Assembly: GCA_005799025.1 (NCBI GenBank)
Contig: SYHX01000052.1
Coordinates: 1 to 59,678 of the forward strand
Direction of reading: 5' to 3'
DNA: 59,678 nucleotides
Origin: Bacteroidota bacterium
GTDB lineage: Bacteria; Bacteroidota; Bacteroidia; UBA7662
In this document: positions 57,761-59,678 of the stretch, in pieces
Layout of the letters: every line of letters begins with the position of its first letter
How positions within the stretch are numbered: position 1 is the first letter of the stretch
The notes under the pieces: model-generated
Seen by the model: only the letters and a program-made list of their open reading frames with translations
What the model was told of the DNA's origin: nothing
The model's database searches: none
Translations under genes and position numbers: made by a program

Positions 57761-58084
57761 ATGGATGATTTTTACGGTGGCGAGCGCCACAGAGATCGCG
57801 AGGAAGTATTCAGTAAAAGAGTAAGGGCCGGTAAAAGGACCTATTTCTTTGATGTGAAATCCACACGAGGCAATGACTATTACCTGATTTTGACCGAAAG
57901 TAAAAAGGGTATTGATGACGGACAATACGTCAAACACAAAATATTTCTTTACAAAGAGGATTTCAATAAATTCTTGAGTGGCCTTCAGGAGGCCATTGAC
58001 TACGTCAAAACCGAGCTCATGCCGGATTATGACTACGATCGTCAGGAACGTGGGGATGACGATACCCCTCCTACGGCGTATTAA
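57761..58084 (+). CDS. DUF3276 / PUR-like nucleic-acid-binding protein
   Basis: VFSKRVRAGKRTYFFDVKSTRGNDYYLILTESKK is the characteristic DUF3276 repeat. The protein is 107 aa. Confidence 0.65.
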   Translation: MDDFYGGERHRDREEVFSKRVRAGKRTYFFDVKSTRGNDYYLILTESKKGIDDGQYVKHKIFLYKEDFNKFLSGLQEAIDYVKTELMPDYDYDRQERGDDDTPPTAY

Positions 58085-58096
58085 AATTTACTCCAT

Positions 58097-58594
58097 ATGG
58101 AGGGTCAAGAATTTCCCGAAGCGGCGTCCCTGAATCAGGTGGGTGAATTTCATCATTTGTTTCAACACCCGGTTCACCAGACTCCCCGCATCCCTTCCGA
58201 AGATCGCTGTAGGCTTCGCATTAATTTGTTGGCAGAAGAATTGCAGGAGTTCACCGTAGCTATTAAGCAAAGAGATTTGGTGGAAGCCGCCGATGCTTTA
58301 TGTGACCTTCAGTATGTGTTGAGCGGTGCCATCCATGAACTTGGTCTTGGACCCATTTTTGCGGAGTTGTTTACGGAAGTCCACGATTCCAACATGAGCA
58401 AGGCATGCGATACTTTGGAACTTGCCGAGCAGACAGCCGAATATTATCGTCAATCCCGTGGAGAGTCTTGCATAATCGAACAAGCAGATGACTTGTTCAT
58501 GGTGTACCGTGAATCGGACCGCAAAACCATGAAATCCATCGCCTACCGCCAAGCAGACCTTCGCCGTATTCTAGACAAACACAAAGCCCTATAG
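58097..58594 (+). CDS. MazG-like nucleoside triphosphate pyrophosphohydrolase family protein
   Basis: It has an all-alpha pattern with LRINLLAEELQEF...EAADALCDLQYVL, which gives EExxE and DxxxD type metal ligands. The protein is 165 aa. Confidence 0.6.
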   Translation: MEGQEFPEAASLNQVGEFHHLFQHPVHQTPRIPSEDRCRLRINLLAEELQEFTVAIKQRDLVEAADALCDLQYVLSGAIHELGLGPIFAELFTEVHDSNMSKACDTLELAEQTAEYYRQSRGESCIIEQADDLFMVYRESDRKTMKSIAYRQADLRRILDKHKAL

Positions 58595-58596
58595 CC

Positions 58597-59247
58597 TTGA
58601 GATTTTTGTTGGGGGCCTTGATGCTCCTGTTTCCTATGACCATATCCACTGCCGAAAACCACCCCAATTTCACTCCTTCTCCTGAGCACAATCCCTCCTT
58701 CGAAGAACAGACCCCATGGAAACGCATCACCTTGGGTGCAGGCTGTTTTTGGTGCGTGGAGGCCATTTTTGAACAAGTAGAAGGGATACGGAATGTACGT
58801 TCAGGGTATATGGGAGGTACACTACGAAATCCCACCTACCGTGAAGTTTGCACCGGTAGAACCGGGCATGCCGAAGTGGTGGACCTGGAATACCAGCCTA
58901 AGGTGATTGCATTGCGAGATATATTGGAAATATTTTTGGGAACCCACGACCCCACAACTTTGAACAGGCAGGGAGCAGATGTCGGTACACAGTACCGTTC
59001 AGCGGTTTTCTACTACGATGAGGAACAATTCCAAATCGCCAAGAACCTCGTGAAGAGTTTGCAAGCCGAAAAGATTTACCAAGACCCCATCGTTACGGAG
59101 ATCAAGCCCGCAACGGAGTTTTATGTCGCTGAGAATTATCACCAAGAATATTTCAAGCTGCATGGTGAAGAGCCGTATTGCCGCATGGTGGTACGACCCA
59201 AAGTGGAAAAATTCCAGAAACGCTACGCCCAGTTTCGCAAGAAATAA
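58597..59247 (+). CDS. msrA: Peptide-methionine (S)-S-oxide reductase MsrA, possibly exported
   Basis: Motifs seen are the active site GAGCFWCVEAIF, plus GHAEVV and YHQEYF. The TTG start at 58597 yields a signal-like N-terminus, MRFLLGALMLLFPMTISTAEN. Confidence 0.9.
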   Translation: MRFLLGALMLLFPMTISTAENHPNFTPSPEHNPSFEEQTPWKRITLGAGCFWCVEAIFEQVEGIRNVRSGYMGGTLRNPTYREVCTGRTGHAEVVDLEYQPKVIALRDILEIFLGTHDPTTLNRQGADVGTQYRSAVFYYDEEQFQIAKNLVKSLQAEKIYQDPIVTEIKPATEFYVAENYHQEYFKLHGEEPYCRMVVRPKVEKFQKRYAQFRKK

Positions 59248-59267
59248 ACCTATAAGCGATAATTAGG

Positions 59268-59678
59268 TTATACGGTCACCTCAAATTCGCGGAGCGCTTC
59301 GTTTAGTGATGTTTTGAGATCCGTGCCCGCATGGCGTTGCCCAATGATGAGTGCGCATGTTACTTGGGTAGGACCTGATGGAAAGTTCTTGGTCATGCTG
59401 CCAGGGATGACAACTGATCTTGTGGGTACTCTGCCTTTAAGAATACGAGTTTCTGAACCGCTTACATCGAGAATTGGGGATGAACCTGTAAGCGTAACCC
59501 CAGCGCCAAGGACTACACCTTGTTCAAGGTGGACACCTTCGACCACAATACAACGAGAACCGACAAAGCAATCGTCTTCCACGATTACTGGTTTGGCCTG
59601 AACAGGCTCCAAGACCCCTCCTATGCCGACCCCGCCACTGAGGTGAACTCTTCGCCCAACTTGAGCACAAGAACCCAC
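59268..59678 (-). CDS. dapD: 2,3,4,5-tetrahydropyridine-2,6-dicarboxylate N-succinyltransferase, C-terminal part (gene continues beyond window)
   Basis: The left-handed beta-helix hexapeptide repeats and VIVEDDCFVGSRCIVVEGV...VPTRSVVIPG are typical of DapD. The ORF is open at the window edge. Confidence 0.88.
   Translation of the reverse strand: MGSCAQVGRRVHLSGGVGIGGVLEPVQAKPVIVEDDCFVGSRCIVVEGVHLEQGVVLGAGVTLTGSSPILDVSGSETRILKGRVPTRSVVIPGSMTKNFPSGPTQVTCALIIGQRHAGTDLKTSLNEALREFEVTV

Noticed and set aside
1-59678. A search for CRISPR arrays, IS elements or transposases, integrases, tRNA/rRNA genes, toxin-antitoxin pairs or defence islands.
   Set aside because: No direct-repeat/spacer periodicity was found. 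No DDE, tyrosine-recombinase or serine-recombinase-like ORFs were seen. No intergenic gap outside rnpB is large enough to hold a tRNA and also shows T-loop (GTTCGAATC-like) motifs. Every sizeable ORF is accounted for by housekeeping or envelope functions.

Overview
This window is a densely packed chromosomal segment. By my gene calls only about 1.8 kb of 59.7 kb is intergenic. I call 55 CDS and one ncRNA.

It reads as Bacteroidota core genome. Supporting hallmarks:
- T9SS C-terminal sorting domains: two type B (CHU_C) and one type A.
- A DUF5683 gene directly after parAB.
- The long-NusB / DUF1573 / YajC / CoaE block.
- A DUF3276 (PUR-like) gene and an ExbB-ExbD-TonB operon.
- A TAnnTTTG-type promoter motif.

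Most genes are housekeeping:
- Replication, repair and translation: parA, parB, ruvB, lepA, gyrA, rnhA, rdgB.
- Metabolism: folD, queE, folC, ilvE.
- Lysine/DAP pathway: dapB, dapF, dapD.
- Envelope: kdsA, glmM, ddl.
- An M16 peptidase pair and htrA.

An RNase P RNA (rnpB) lies at 19838-20153 (-) and is invisible to the ORF track. By eye I saw no tRNA, rRNA, CRISPR array, transposase, integrase or prophage genes, so there is no obvious mobile or defence island.

The items I consider most worth a second look:
1. A 921-aa ORF with two complete D-Ala-D-Ala-ligase modules in tandem, translationally coupled to a PASTA protein.
2. A run of three lipoproteins: an MbnP-like protein followed by two di-haem MauG/MbnH-like cytochrome c peroxidases.
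3. An orphan NtrC-family response regulator whose AAA+ domain lacks the GAFTGA sigma-54 contact loop.
4. Two tandem paralogous T9SS type-B cargo genes with no adjacent PorP/SprF-type partner gene.
5. Repeated 3'-3' overlaps of convergent genes.

All family assignments come from motif recognition by eye. No database search was run.
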